The translations under genes and the position numbers were made by a program. Source: a cyanobacterium endosymbiont of Rhopalodia gibba (lineage in GTDB: Bacteria; Cyanobacteriota; Cyanobacteriia; Cyanobacteriales; Microcystaceae). Taken from it: a DNA stretch of 64,000 nt. This document shows positions 11,860-23,120 of the stretch, in pieces (within the stretch, counting starts at the first letter, position 1; every line of letters begins with the position of its first letter). The notes below the pieces were generated by a model. The model was not told where the DNA came from, did no database searches, and saw only the letters and a program-made list of their open reading frames with translations. The stretch is from NCBI GenBank assembly GCA_045159875.1, contig CP067995.1:1792001-1856000 (forward strand). The letters are read 5' to 3'.

Positions 11860-12430
11860 AATGCTGGGCCTGGGCCGATTTGAATGACTCGTTGATGATG
11901 GCTTTAGTAAAACTGAGTATAAAACAGTCCTGAGGTTTAAGTCCGTTGGCTGATTCAACAGACTGTAGTTGCTGAAAGTCTGCAACTACGCTATCGCTAA
12001 TTCGCAGGATCCTTACCTTTTAATTTTAAAGTGACGGAAAATTATGGACAGAAAGAGAGACAGTAGCTCTATGGTAAAAACAGCATTTATTAAAGTCTGG
12101 TGCTATGCAGATAAAATCTCGTACCAGTCCTACCGCAGTATTTCGTGATTCAGATCGCTTCCATAGTCAGGATATTAAACTGTTCAAACATTTTATACAT
12201 AACGGGTTCTTCCCCATTGCAAGAAAGCATTTCTTGATTTAATCAGATATAATCGTTTTGTGGACTTATGTCTTAGACAATGGCGTTGCTATGCTGTTTT
12301 TATAGATTTGCAAAAGCTAAATTATACGGATAAGTTTTATCGATTCTACTCTGATAGAGGTCTTTCGTCAGGTCCTCAAGAATAGAGCGCTTTCTGTTCT
12401 TGAGAGACGAGAAGGTTCTATAGAGTATGT
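11860..12430 (-). pseudogene. Possible decayed sensory (GAF-like) gene remnant
   Basis: Higher GC than flanks; minus-strand fragments MFEQFNILTMEAI, GLVRDFICI, LRISDSVVADFQQLQ loosely echo GAF motifs. Weak. Confidence 0.2.
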
Positions 12431-12927
12431 TTTTGTTCAAAAATACTTTAAAAGACTATCTTAAAAAGTACTTCAAGCAACTGCTTGTTATCTATAAAGA
12501 ATTAAGAAAAAGTCAGTTTAACTGATTTAGTAAAGTTTTGCTTCATAGGCGTTCTTTGATTAAAACGGTTAACGATAAACCTAAAAAGATCTCTCAGATT
12601 CAATGTCACAAAGTATTTGTGATTATTTTATTAACTTTTTTACTCGACTGATTGCTTATACTTACTTGCCGAAAAAACCTTTTCTCAATTTAGGAGAACA
12701 AGATAAGCTAGTTTTGTCTCCCACTATTTGAAATAACCATTGTAGTTTTTATTATTGGCGGTTGTTACTTGAGAGAATCGTTAACTTTGTTGTTTTTTAA
12801 CATAAGTTAAACTTACGTCATCTTGATCATAGATATAACGCTGAGAGGACAAGTTCAATATAAAATCAAAGGCAATAACTCCTATACCGAAATTAGTTTG
12901 TGTGCCTTCTGTGTGCTTTCGAAAATT

Positions 12928-15096
12928 ATGTCCCAAGCAAATGTAGTCAATAATACCTTTAACCTTAAAGATCCTCAATACTATTTCAATCGAGAATTAA
13001 GCTGGTTAGAATTCAACTATCGAGTCTTACACGAGGCATTAGATGAACGAACTCTACTTCTAGAACGCCTAAAATTTACTGCAATTTTTAGCTCTAACCT
13101 TGATGAATTTTTTATGGTTCGCGTAGCAGGGTTAAAACAACAAGTAGCTGCTGGTGTAAGTAAGTTAACTCCTGATGGTCGTACTCCTTCTCAACAGTTA
13201 ACCAATATTAGTGATCGTCTTTGTCCTCTAGTTAAACAGCAGGATCATCTGTTTGAATACACCCTCAAAAATCTCTTAATTGCTCAAGGAATTTATTTAA
13301 TTAACTACGTCGATCTCGATCAAGAACAACGTACTTATCTCCATCAATATTTTGATGATTATATTTTTCCGGTACTAACACCATTAGCAGTTGATCCGAG
13401 CCATCCTTTCCCTTATATTTCTAACCTAAGTCTAAATTTGGCGGTTGTAGTTCGTGAACCTAACACCACAAAAGAACATTTTGCAAGGGTTAAAGTTCCT
13501 CAAGTGCTTCCTCGTTTTGTCGCATTCCCCAAGGAATTACGCCATCAAGAAGATGAGCAGACTGCTGTTTGGACAGGAGTTCCTCTTGAACAAGTGATAG
13601 CCCATAACTTGGAGGCTTTGTTTCCAGGGATGATTGTACAAGAATGTCATCCCTTTCGTTTGACTCGCAATGCGGATTTATTGGTGGAAGAGGATGAAGC
13701 TGATGATCTTCTATTAGCCATAGAACAGGAACTTCGCAAACGTCATGTAGGTAAATCTGCAGTTCGTTTAGAAATCCACGCTTCCACCCCCAGTAACATT
13801 CGAGAACGACTGATGAAAGATTTAGTTTTAGATGAGATTGACGTTTACCATATCGACGGGTTACTAGGACTCAAAGACTTATTTTATTTTATGTCCATTC
13901 CTCGCCCTGATCTTAAAGAGAGACCTTGGAGTGCAGTTATTCCTAATCCTTTACAACGAATTAAACAAGTTGTTAATAACAATGAAGATGGCATAATCCA
14001 ACATGAAGGAGAAAATATTTTTTCCCTAATTCGCAATTCCGATTTGTTAGTTCATCATCCCTATGATTCTTTTAGTGCTTCTGTTGAAGAATTTATTACC
14101 CAAGCTGCTTATGACCCTAATGTTTTGACGATTAAGATAACCCTGTATCGTACTTCTGGCGATTCTCCTATTGTCAATGCTTTAATTGCGGCAGCCGAAA
14201 ATGGTAAACAAGTAGCAGCCTTGGTGGAATTAAAAGCCAGATTTGATGAGGAAAATAATATTCTTTGGGCGCGACGCCTAGAACAATCTGGAGTCCATGT
14301 TGTTTATGGGTTAGCGGGACTCAAAACTCATACTAAAGTAGTTTTAGTAGTGCGACGGGAAGATAATAAAATTCGGCGTTATGTCCATATTGGAACAGGA
14401 AATTACAATTATAAAACTGCTAACTTGTACACCGATCTAGGCTTATTAAGTTGTCGAGAAGAACTGGGGGCTGACTTAACAGATCTATTTAATTTTCTCA
14501 CAGGATATTCCCGTCAGAAATCCTACCGAAAATTGCTAGTCGCTCCCGTCACTATGCGTGATCGCATGATAGAAATGATTTATCGTGAAGTAGAACATTG
14601 CAAAAATGGGGGAAGTGGCCGCATTGTAGCTAAAATGAACGCCTTAGTCGATTCCCAGATGATTAGAACCCTCTATGAGGCTTCTCAGGCAGGAGTGAAA
14701 ATAGACCTGATTGTACGGGGAATTTGTTGTCTACGTCCAGGAGTTAAAGGTATCAGTGATAATATTAATGTTATTAGTATTGTGGGTCGCTTTTTAGAAC
14801 ATTCACGAATTTTTTATTTTCACAATGGTGGAGAAGAAAAAATTTATATTGGGAGTGCAGACTGGATGACTCGTAATCTTTCTCGTCGGGTTGAAGCTAT
14901 AACTCCTATTGAAGATCCATCAATTATGCAGGAATTACAAGAAATTTTGGGAATTATGCTAGCCGATAATCGTCAAGCTTGGGAATTACAGTCTGATGGT
15001 AGTTATGTTCAAAGACATCCTGGGGAAAATTGCCGAGAACAGAGTGCGCACAAAATTTTCATGAAAATGGCATTAAACAGTCAACAGTTAACATAA
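12928..15096 (+). CDS. ppk1: Polyphosphate kinase 1
   Basis: YFNRELSWLEFNYRVL, SNLDEFFMVRVAGL, HHPY, ELKARFDEENN, GSADWMTRNL. Start placed at ATG 12928 (MSQAN) rather than the track's 12823. Confidence 0.97.
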   Translation: MSQANVVNNTFNLKDPQYYFNRELSWLEFNYRVLHEALDERTLLLERLKFTAIFSSNLDEFFMVRVAGLKQQVAAGVSKLTPDGRTPSQQLTNISDRLCPLVKQQDHLFEYTLKNLLIAQGIYLINYVDLDQEQRTYLHQYFDDYIFPVLTPLAVDPSHPFPYISNLSLNLAVVVREPNTTKEHFARVKVPQVLPRFVAFPKELRHQEDEQTAVWTGVPLEQVIAHNLEALFPGMIVQECHPFRLTRNADLLVEEDEADDLLLAIEQELRKRHVGKSAVRLEIHASTPSNIRERLMKDLVLDEIDVYHIDGLLGLKDLFYFMSIPRPDLKERPWSAVIPNPLQRIKQVVNNNEDGIIQHEGENIFSLIRNSDLLVHHPYDSFSASVEEFITQAAYDPNVLTIKITLYRTSGDSPIVNALIAAAENGKQVAALVELKARFDEENNILWARRLEQSGVHVVYGLAGLKTHTKVVLVVRREDNKIRRYVHIGTGNYNYKTANLYTDLGLLSCREELGADLTDLFNFLTGYSRQKSYRKLLVAPVTMRDRMIEMIYREVEHCKNGGSGRIVAKMNALVDSQMIRTLYEASQAGVKIDLIVRGICCLRPGVKGISDNINVISIVGRFLEHSRIFYFHNGGEEKIYIGSADWMTRNLSRRVEAITPIEDPSIMQELQEILGIMLADNRQAWELQSDGSYVQRHPGENCREQSAHKIFMKMALNSQQLT

Positions 15097-15173
15097 AGAA
15101 ATAACTAAATATAAAGGTTAATATTTATTGTCTTTTGTTATGAAGCGCAACAGCTCCCACAGGCAGTCTATGA

Positions 15174-16538
15174 TTAAACTATTAACTGTTCCCGAAACTT
15201 TTCTACCACTAAGTTTAACCCGACAGAATTAGAGGCTTTAAAAAGTAAGCGATCGCCCGGTTCGATAATTACTTTCAATCGTTCAATGAGTTCCTGATGG
15301 GTAGAGATGCAATCAGTGATCACACCTAGTGCACCTTGGGTAATTGCCTCTGCTTCAGGATCATTAACCAACACTAACAAATGATCAACCTCCGCTTCTT
15401 TTACCATTTTTCCAACTTCACAGTGGAATTGGGCTGATTTTTCTCCTAATTCCTTCATAGTTCCTAGAATCGCTAAATGTCGTTTGCCAGGAATTTCTTT
15501 CAACAAATTTAAAGCCGCTTTCATAGACTCTAATCCTGCATTATAGGTCTCATCGAGAATGATAATGTCACCTGGCAATTTATATTGTCGGGAACGTCCT
15601 TTAGGCAAATGGACTTTAACTCCTTGAGCAAAAGAAGTCAAATCGAAATTTAGACATTTGGCTACAGCCAAAGCCCCTAAATAGTTTAAAGCATTGTGAC
15701 GACCTGGTAACGGCACGGGAAAATTCATCCCCTCTACCTGTAAAGTTTGAGAATCAATTAATTTTCCAGTTATATCTCCTCCTTCAAGCCCATAAGTCAT
15801 GGTTTTTCCGGACCAAACTTTCTTTGCCGTTTGAATTAAAAGAGTATTCTCGTGATTGAGAATAGCAATTCCCTCTCGAGGCATTTGAGCTAATAACTCA
15901 CATTTAGCTTGGGCGATTGCCTCTTTTGAGCCTAGTCTCCCAATATGGGCTGTTCCCACATTTGTAATCAGTCCAATAGTGGGACGGGCTATTTGAGTGA
16001 GTAAAGCAATCTCTCCCAGAGCTCGCATACCCATTTCAATCACCACATAATTTTGATCAGTTGTTAGCTCTAATAAAGTTTTAGGAACACCAATTTCATT
16101 GTTGTAATTACTTTGAGTTTTGTGGACTTTTCCCTGTGTTCTCAAGACAGCTGCAATTAATTCTTTTGTAGTCGTTTTGCCAACTGAGCCTGTGACAGCT
16201 ATCACAGGAATATCAACTTGATTACGCCACCAATGAGCAATTTGTTGATAAGCAACTAAAGTGTCTTTGACTTGAAACTGTGGTATTTTCTTGCTTAAAC
16301 TTACTGGTAAATAGTGATCTACAATCAGAGCTACTGCTCCTTTCAGTGTTGCATCTTTTGCAAATTTATGTCCATCAAAATTGCTGCCTTTTAATGCCAA
16401 AAATACTTCTCCTTTCTTGATGGAACGGCTATCTGTATTGATTCCTTTAGCTTTCTCATAAGGATTAAAGTTAAAAACTTGGTCTAGATTACTTTCAAAT
16501 AAATCAAGAAAGTTACTGAGATAAATTTCGAATGACAT
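15174..16538 (-). CDS. murF: UDP-N-acetylmuramoyl-tripeptide--D-Ala-D-Ala ligase
   Basis: DSR, FDGH, TGSVGKTTTKE, NNEIGVP, EMGM, DETYNA, KAS motifs. Confidence 0.96.
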   Translation of the reverse strand: MSFEIYLSNFLDLFESNLDQVFNFNPYEKAKGINTDSRSIKKGEVFLALKGSNFDGHKFAKDATLKGAVALIVDHYLPVSLSKKIPQFQVKDTLVAYQQIAHWWRNQVDIPVIAVTGSVGKTTTKELIAAVLRTQGKVHKTQSNYNNEIGVPKTLLELTTDQNYVVIEMGMRALGEIALLTQIARPTIGLITNVGTAHIGRLGSKEAIAQAKCELLAQMPREGIAILNHENTLLIQTAKKVWSGKTMTYGLEGGDITGKLIDSQTLQVEGMNFPVPLPGRHNALNYLGALAVAKCLNFDLTSFAQGVKVHLPKGRSRQYKLPGDIIILDETYNAGLESMKAALNLLKEIPGKRHLAILGTMKELGEKSAQFHCEVGKMVKEAEVDHLLVLVNDPEAEAITQGALGVITDCISTHQELIERLKVIIEPGDRLLFKASNSVGLNLVVEKFREQLIV

Positions 16539-17555
16539 AATGTTTTAATCAAAGTTTTTTATTGAATAAACCTAATTGGTATCTAAATCATCTTAAGAAG
16601 ATCAATGTTATAATTATTATTATTTAGTTCCAAATGTTCTGAATCAATGATGGAGATCATTTAACGAGCAGGTTATGTGCCAATTAATTATCCTAAGCGT
16701 TTGTTTAACCATTTTCTAAATTATTACTGTCATATTTTAACCAGCTGTTGGCAGATAAAGCCTCAACTACAAGATTATATTCCTAACCTAATTGATATGT
16801 TTAAAAATTTAGCGGAACTTTGTAGTTGTTTTTACTATTCTAACCGTTAAATTCGCTATTTTGTCAAAAATATTAGTAAATTTATTAGATTTACTAAACT
16901 TCAGCGGTTAGTGAGAATAATTAATGCTAAAAATATCAACAACTAATACCACTCCCCAGGGTTAAATTAATGATACTGGAATATTTATTCATTAGATTCA
17001 AAATTCTATGTTTTCAATAGGATTAAGTTCTGCTTTAAAACATTTTGTGCAGGCATAGTAGACGGTAGCCATACTTGTGAAAATATGTCGTATAACAAAG
17101 TATGTCCTATAATTTTTCTAAGTCAAATTGTTTACACCTCAACTCTTGAACAGTTTTAATGGTATTTGTACAAGTATTTAATTATTCTTTTGTAATTTTA
17201 CAGATAAAAAAGATTGATTTTCAAAACTTTTTATAACGTCTTCCAAAATGTTCTGCCTAAATATAACTATCAAAAGTCTAATAAATTTTTAATGTTGCAG
17301 ATATCGAGTCAATTATCGAATTTTTTCGTCGTTTAAAATAGTCAGTAGCCGGAACACTATGTTTTTACTAAAAGTATTAATTTTGGCAAAGTGGATTTAA
17401 CTGCTTTAAGCTAAACCAAGTTGATTTTAAATGAAATCAACTTTGACGATACTTCTAATCCCTTCTTATATCCAGAAAAAGAAGAAGTTTGCTATGATTT
17501 TAAAGTTTCCTATTTGGGAATATCTAAACTAATCACCAACCCTACACAGTCAATA

Positions 17556-18347
17556 ATGAGGTTACTTTGTCCAAAATCTTCAACATCACCAGAAGTCCCT
17601 CTATTTATCTATTTACCAGGAATGGATGGAACAGGAAGGCTGCTACATCGACAAGTTAAAAAATTGAGTCAATTTTTTAAAGTTTGTTGTTTATCAATTC
17701 CCCAAGATGATTGTAGCAACTGGAATACTTTAGTTTCTCAAACCATTAGTTTAATTGAAAAAGAACTCAAGCGTCATCTTCAATTTTCCTCTGTTTATTT
17801 GTGTGGAGAATCTTTTGGAGGATGTTTAGCGATAAAACTTGCTCTGAAGTCTCCTAAATTAATTAAAAAAATGATTTTAATTAATCCTGCTTCATCTTTT
17901 AGGCAACGTCCTTTATTAAGTTTGGGAAGTGAATTAATTCAATGGGTACCAGAGATTCTACACCAAACTTCAATTCTAGGATTTTTACCCTTTTTGGCAG
18001 CTTTAGGAAGAATAGAAACAAAGGATTATCACGCTTTATTAAAAGCGATGCAGTCAGTTCCTCCATTAGTAGTTAGTTATCGACTGAAGCTATTACGGGA
18101 TTTCAACGTCGATGAAGCACAATTAAAACAGTTAACCCAACCTATTTTAACCGTCGCTAGTGATAGCGATTACCTATTACCGTCTGTCGCTGAAGGAAAA
18201 CGATTAATCAACTGTTTACCTAATAGTAACTTAGTAATCTTACCCGATAGTGGACATGCTTGTTTATTGGAAACTGAAGTTGATTTAACTAAACTGCTTC
18301 AAAACTATAATTTTTTACCCATTAAAATCACAGCCCATAAACGTTGA
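17556..18347 (+). CDS. Alpha/beta-fold hydrolase (esterase/lipase-like)
   Basis: LPGMDGTG, GESFGG nucleophile elbow, SGHACLLE. Start uncertain: ATG 17556 vs TTG 17421. Confidence 0.88.
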   Translation: MRLLCPKSSTSPEVPLFIYLPGMDGTGRLLHRQVKKLSQFFKVCCLSIPQDDCSNWNTLVSQTISLIEKELKRHLQFSSVYLCGESFGGCLAIKLALKSPKLIKKMILINPASSFRQRPLLSLGSELIQWVPEILHQTSILGFLPFLAALGRIETKDYHALLKAMQSVPPLVVSYRLKLLRDFNVDEAQLKQLTQPILTVASDSDYLLPSVAEGKRLINCLPNSNLVILPDSGHACLLETEVDLTKLLQNYNFLPIKITAHKR

Positions 18348-18978
18348 AGTCGATAAGACTTATTATAGTAATCTTTATATGTTGGAATTATTAAGAGTCT
18401 TTGTTTTGTCAGATATAAATTAACAAAGTTAATAACTTATGTGAGTTCCTCAAAAAAAATTTTTTTTCCATTTATTAATTTTTCAGGGAAAATATGAGAA
18501 CTATCTCCATTTTAGTAACGCTTTATTCCAGGATGAGTGCTAGTAAGGATGTTATGCTAAATGTTTGGACCATCGTTCATATTGATTGCTGATTCTAAAT
18601 ATTTCAGAAGATGTTTTTTGTAAAAAATCTTATATTATTAAGGTCAATTATAGATTTTTTATGTAAAATTTATAATTTTTAAAAAAGCTGTTTCTAATAA
18701 AAATAGTCAATGGACTTTTAGTTCTTTAATTTTGTAATAGTAGTATCAATCTTTATTGAATTCTTTAATGTTTAAAGGCTGCCACAAGTTGACGATTTAC
18801 TAATGCCAATTCAATTGCCTGAGGAAACTGGCATTAGTCCACACTCTCTCGGGTTCCGGGAAAAAAATGAGATCAACGAATTCGCCATTACTTTTCAGAT
18901 AAATGTTACTTTACTTTAATAAACTAACTTCTTTTCTACTTCTAGTTTTCTGTTCTAGAGTTCCAGAGTTTAAAATTT

Positions 18979-19020
18979 ATCTTTAGCTATTTTTTAGACG
19001 CTAAAAAAATAGCTAAAGAT
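18979..19020. repeat. Inverted repeat, 17-bp arms
   Basis: ATCTTTAGCTATTTTTT-N8-AAAAAATAGCTAAAGAT. Confidence 0.85.
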
Positions 19021-19389
19021 TTGAAAGATATAAAGAAAATAAATAAACAACTCTAAATGATTAGACACACAATTTTTAATTGTTTTGTAATTATATGATC
19101 AGTTCTCAGTTAACTATGTGATTGCATGTAATTTAGTCCAGTCTCCTAATGTTCTTACGTAATATTCTACTACATAAATACCGAAAACGTGAACGTAAAG
19201 AGCAATTTTTCCTAAAAATTGAATTTAATAGTTAACATCATAATATTGGACCTACATTATTTTGTATAATAGCTATATTTTTTCTGAATAATTGAGAAAA
19301 AAAATATTTTTTTATGGAAAAACTATATCATAATACTGACATTAATTTTAGGCTGGATAGAGTTCTCCAAAATTTACAAATAAAAGTGA

Positions 19390-19431
19390 AATATAAAGTT
19401 AAATAAATTTAAATTTATTTAACTTTATATT
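19390..19431. repeat. Perfect 42-bp palindrome, no loop
   Basis: AATATAAAGTTAAATAAATTT|AAATTTATTTAACTTTATATT. Confidence 0.9.
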
Positions 19432-20276
19432 CATTAAAATTGACCAATCAAGATGAAATAACTCAGCTATAACAGAATACCAAAACAACTGTTTAAGTGC
19501 GATTATCAACATAAGTTAAGAATATTACAAACATGGGTTTTAAGCATTCCTACAGTAATATAAAGTTGTTGAGAGATGGCGGCATTAATATGAGCATGGA
19601 CAAAACTGTATAACTTATAATTAGGTTTCAGTCAAAGGGTAATGTCACAATAATTTTTGAGATAATTTTTCTTGACGTGAATTGCTCAGAGAAGCTAAAT
19701 AAAAGGGACTTCTGCTTGGTATTGTATATTATACGTAACAAACAATACCAACCTATACACTACTCTGATGAGTTATTCTGAGAACTTCAAGCCGCCAACA
19801 CTTTTTACTTTTAATTATGAAGGCTTGGGATGAAAATTTTTGTCTTTAATTACCCTTCTAAGTCCATTTTATAGAAAATAACAAATTCAATGTCATCAAG
19901 TTCTCTTAACTCTAGATAAATAATAGTAGCATTAAGATTGTGTTTCGTACAACAACACAAGTTATTCTTGATCATCGGATACTTATTATCCCAAAATAAT
20001 TTCTTTATAACTATTTATAGTAAAGTATAGTTTATTCAGTAAATGTGTAAGTATTTATTTATCTTTCTTAGAAGAAAAATATAGATTTTATCTGTTTTTA
20101 AAGTTAAGTTTTTCTTTATAAAATTATTTTTTAAAACTCTTTGCTGTCAATACTTTTTTATTGTTTATTTCTTATTTTAAGACAAAAACTGACAGCCTTA
20201 AATAGTAATGTAAACACTTACAGATTTCGTGAGCATTAAAAGTTACTACTAAAAAGTAGAAAACAGCAACAACAAG

Positions 20277-21284
20277 TTAAATCTCTTTACAAAATTCAAG
20301 AGCTTTATCTAAAATCTGATTTCCCTGCTCAACAGTTTCAATACGAGAGACGCGTTCGCGTAACTCAGATGCTCCTGGAAATGCCCTACAATACCAAGCT
20401 AGATGCTTTCGTGATTGATAAATTCCTCGTTGCCCCTTATATTCCCATAGATTATTAAGATGTTCTTTTGCGCATTCTAGTCGTTGTTCTGGAGTTGGGG
20501 GAACTTTGCGAATTCCTGTTTGTAAAAAATAATCAATTTCCCCGACTAGAAACGGATAACCTAATGTTCCTCGCGAACACATCACTCCATCTGCTCCTGT
20601 AATTTCTAAACACTTCATAGCTGATTCTACTGAAAAAATATCCCCGTTAGCAAGTATAGGAATACTTAATATTTCTTTGACTTTAGTAATCCATTCCCAT
20701 TTTGCTTTTCCATTATATCCTTGAGCACGAGTCCTAGCATGAATGGTGATCATTGCTGCCCCCGAATCTTCCATTCTTTTTGCAAAATCAAGGATGTTAA
20801 TTTCTTGATCACTCCAGCCAATACGAGTTTTAACGGTAACAGGGACTTCAACAGATTTCACTACTTTTTTAACAATTGCTTGAGCAATATCTGGTTGACG
20901 AAGTAGAGAAGAACCACCTCCTTTTTTAGTGATTTTATTCACGGGACAACCCATATTTATATCAATAGTTTGCGCCCCTTTTTTCACAGATTCTTGAGCA
21001 GCTTCAGCTAGAAAGTCGGGACGATAGTCAAATAATTGAATACTAATAGGCTGTTCATCCCTATCAATTCCCATCAGTTTTGTTAGTTCTTTTAAATGGT
21101 GAATTTGTGTAGCATTAACCATCTCAGTATACATCATAGATTGAGGTGCATATCGCCTAACTAAACGACGAAATACTAAATCTGTAACTCCAGACAAGGG
21201 AGACTGAAATACGCGACTTTTCACTTCCAATGATCCAATTTTCAAAGGAGATGATAATTTTTGTTTAAGATAATTAGACAACAT
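20277..21284 (-). CDS. dusB: tRNA dihydrouridine synthase
   Basis: SPLSGVTD, DINMGCP, TVKTRIGW, HART, ANGDI, RKHLAWY. Confidence 0.95.
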   Translation of the reverse strand: MLSNYLKQKLSSPLKIGSLEVKSRVFQSPLSGVTDLVFRRLVRRYAPQSMMYTEMVNATQIHHLKELTKLMGIDRDEQPISIQLFDYRPDFLAEAAQESVKKGAQTIDINMGCPVNKITKKGGGSSLLRQPDIAQAIVKKVVKSVEVPVTVKTRIGWSDQEINILDFAKRMEDSGAAMITIHARTRAQGYNGKAKWEWITKVKEILSIPILANGDIFSVESAMKCLEITGADGVMCSRGTLGYPFLVGEIDYFLQTGIRKVPPTPEQRLECAKEHLNNLWEYKGQRGIYQSRKHLAWYCRAFPGASELRERVSRIETVEQGNQILDKALEFCKEI

Positions 21285-22369
21285 TTTATGGGAAGGTAAG
21301 TTTAAACAATAAAACTATTCTAGACTAAGGACAATAAATAGCTCATAACTTTCAAAATTCTTATCCTAATTGTACTATATAACTCGCAAAATTTAATTTT
21401 GATAACAATCAAAGTTTTAACTACTAAAAACTTTCAAAAATAATATTTTTAGAGTTTGTCTATTATGATCCGTCATAGCTAGTCTAGGAGAGCTATAGAT
21501 AATTACTGTGTATATCTTTTATCGCTTATTTTATTCAGTAAATCTTAATTTTAAATACTAAAGTAAAAAAAATTAAAAATAATCTATATTTAGTGAGTCT
21601 TAAAAAGTTTTTTATTAGTCTATGTCGAAGATCATCAAGACATTCTATTTAACTTTTTATCGAACATATTGTAAAAAATTTGAGCTCAATGCCATTAATT
21701 TTTATTTAATTTAAACTAACTTTAGTATAAAAATTAAAAAGTTTAATATTGACTTAGGTTTGATTGCTAATCTAAAGATACTAATCGTAACTTTAGATAG
21801 AAACTGACAGTTAGAAAGATAGAAAAAATTTCTTTATATAAAAGCTAAACTTTATATTAAGTAAACTATAAATAATTATAAGATAACATTTTATAATTAC
21901 TTTGATTTTAAATTATCTAAGTTAATTTAGACAATCGTGTCGAAATATAGCAAAATTTATTGTACTAATAGAAATTTTTGCAAAAAAGGACAAACAGAAT
22001 GTACTAAGAATTTTGTAAATATTCTTACAAGTATTTCTTAAGCTAGAAAGTGAGAGTCTTTATAGAAAAAAACAATTTTTTAAAAAAGTAATGTCAAATA
22101 TCGGGATTAGAAGCTACTAATAATCTCTATCTTAATTCCATGGGCTAATAATAATTTAGGCATTTAAAAGTATAAATTAAAAATAATTATAATATACAAA
22201 TTGTAGTAATTATCAGCATTTTTAAATATTGGTTCTAAAGTAGATAATCGAACAAAGCGATTAGGAGAAAAAACTATAATAGTTATGTTGATAGTTAAAA
22301 ATTAAATATTTTCTTAAAAAGAAAGACTTATATTGATTGATTGTCAATTTCAACTAAAAGAGACAATAG

Positions 22370-22870
22370 ATAAATTGGAGAGTAGTACCAATATTAGTAA
22401 TACTAGTGTTATTGACAGTGAGGATCATGTCGCTAGTGTCACTAACTCCAATGGGGAGAGAGCATCTTAGGTTATTTCCGATATAGTAATTATGTTGAAT
22501 AATCTACTTGAGAAAGCAAACTTAAATCTCTTGATATTTCACTTATAATCTTCCAATCATCGGACTTCCTTAATCAAGTCTCACACAATCATTCTTAGAT
22601 TTAAAAAACTAAAAATACTTTAGAACAATGAAAAATTGTGTTAAAATCGCTATTTTACAAGTAATTTCCAATTTACTCGACTTTGGTTGTTTTTTGGATG
22701 AAGCCATAACCCATCCAAGGTTTAACCCAAGAACTCAGAATAATTTAGTTCTATCAAAGGGAACACAAATTATTCAATCAACATAACCAAATATGTTTTT
22801 TGTGGAAGTTCGTGCGTTTCAATACACTGTTGGTGGCACAATAGCGGCCATTGATAATTCTCAGTAGTTC
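22370..22870 (+). pseudogene. ggt: Gamma-glutamyltransferase remnant (small-subunit half)
   Basis: Manual translation: SVIDSEDHVASVTNSNGE..IMLNNLL, AILQVISNLLDFGCFLDEAITHPR, NMFFVEV. N-terminal part unrecognisable. Confidence 0.75.
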
Positions 22871-23120
22871 GGACTTATGTGTAATTGAACTAACTGCCTA
22901 TTAAACCAATAATAAATGGTGACACTTAACTTCGGTTGAAAACTCCTGCCGACATTTTTGTTAGACTACTCTGGAATAGTAATAGAAGATTTTCTCTTTT
23001 ATTGAAAATAATGTAACTTATATAGCTGAAGAGTCAAGATCAAAAAAACATCATGATTCCCTCAGTGTAATTGAGCTGACGAGGTCATCATCGGTCCTAC
23101 TCAAATTTTCAATAAATACT

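Noticed and set aside
11865..12010. tRNA- or ncRNA-like stretch (TGGGCC..GATTTGAA; GTAGTTGC/GCAACTAC hairpin)
   Set aside because: No cloverleaf could be folded and no SRP, tmRNA or RNase P motifs were found.
16620..20000. Possible gene remnants at about 16620-17110, 18480-18900 and 19500-19990
   Set aside because: Slightly GC-richer patches, but manual translation gave no assignable motif.
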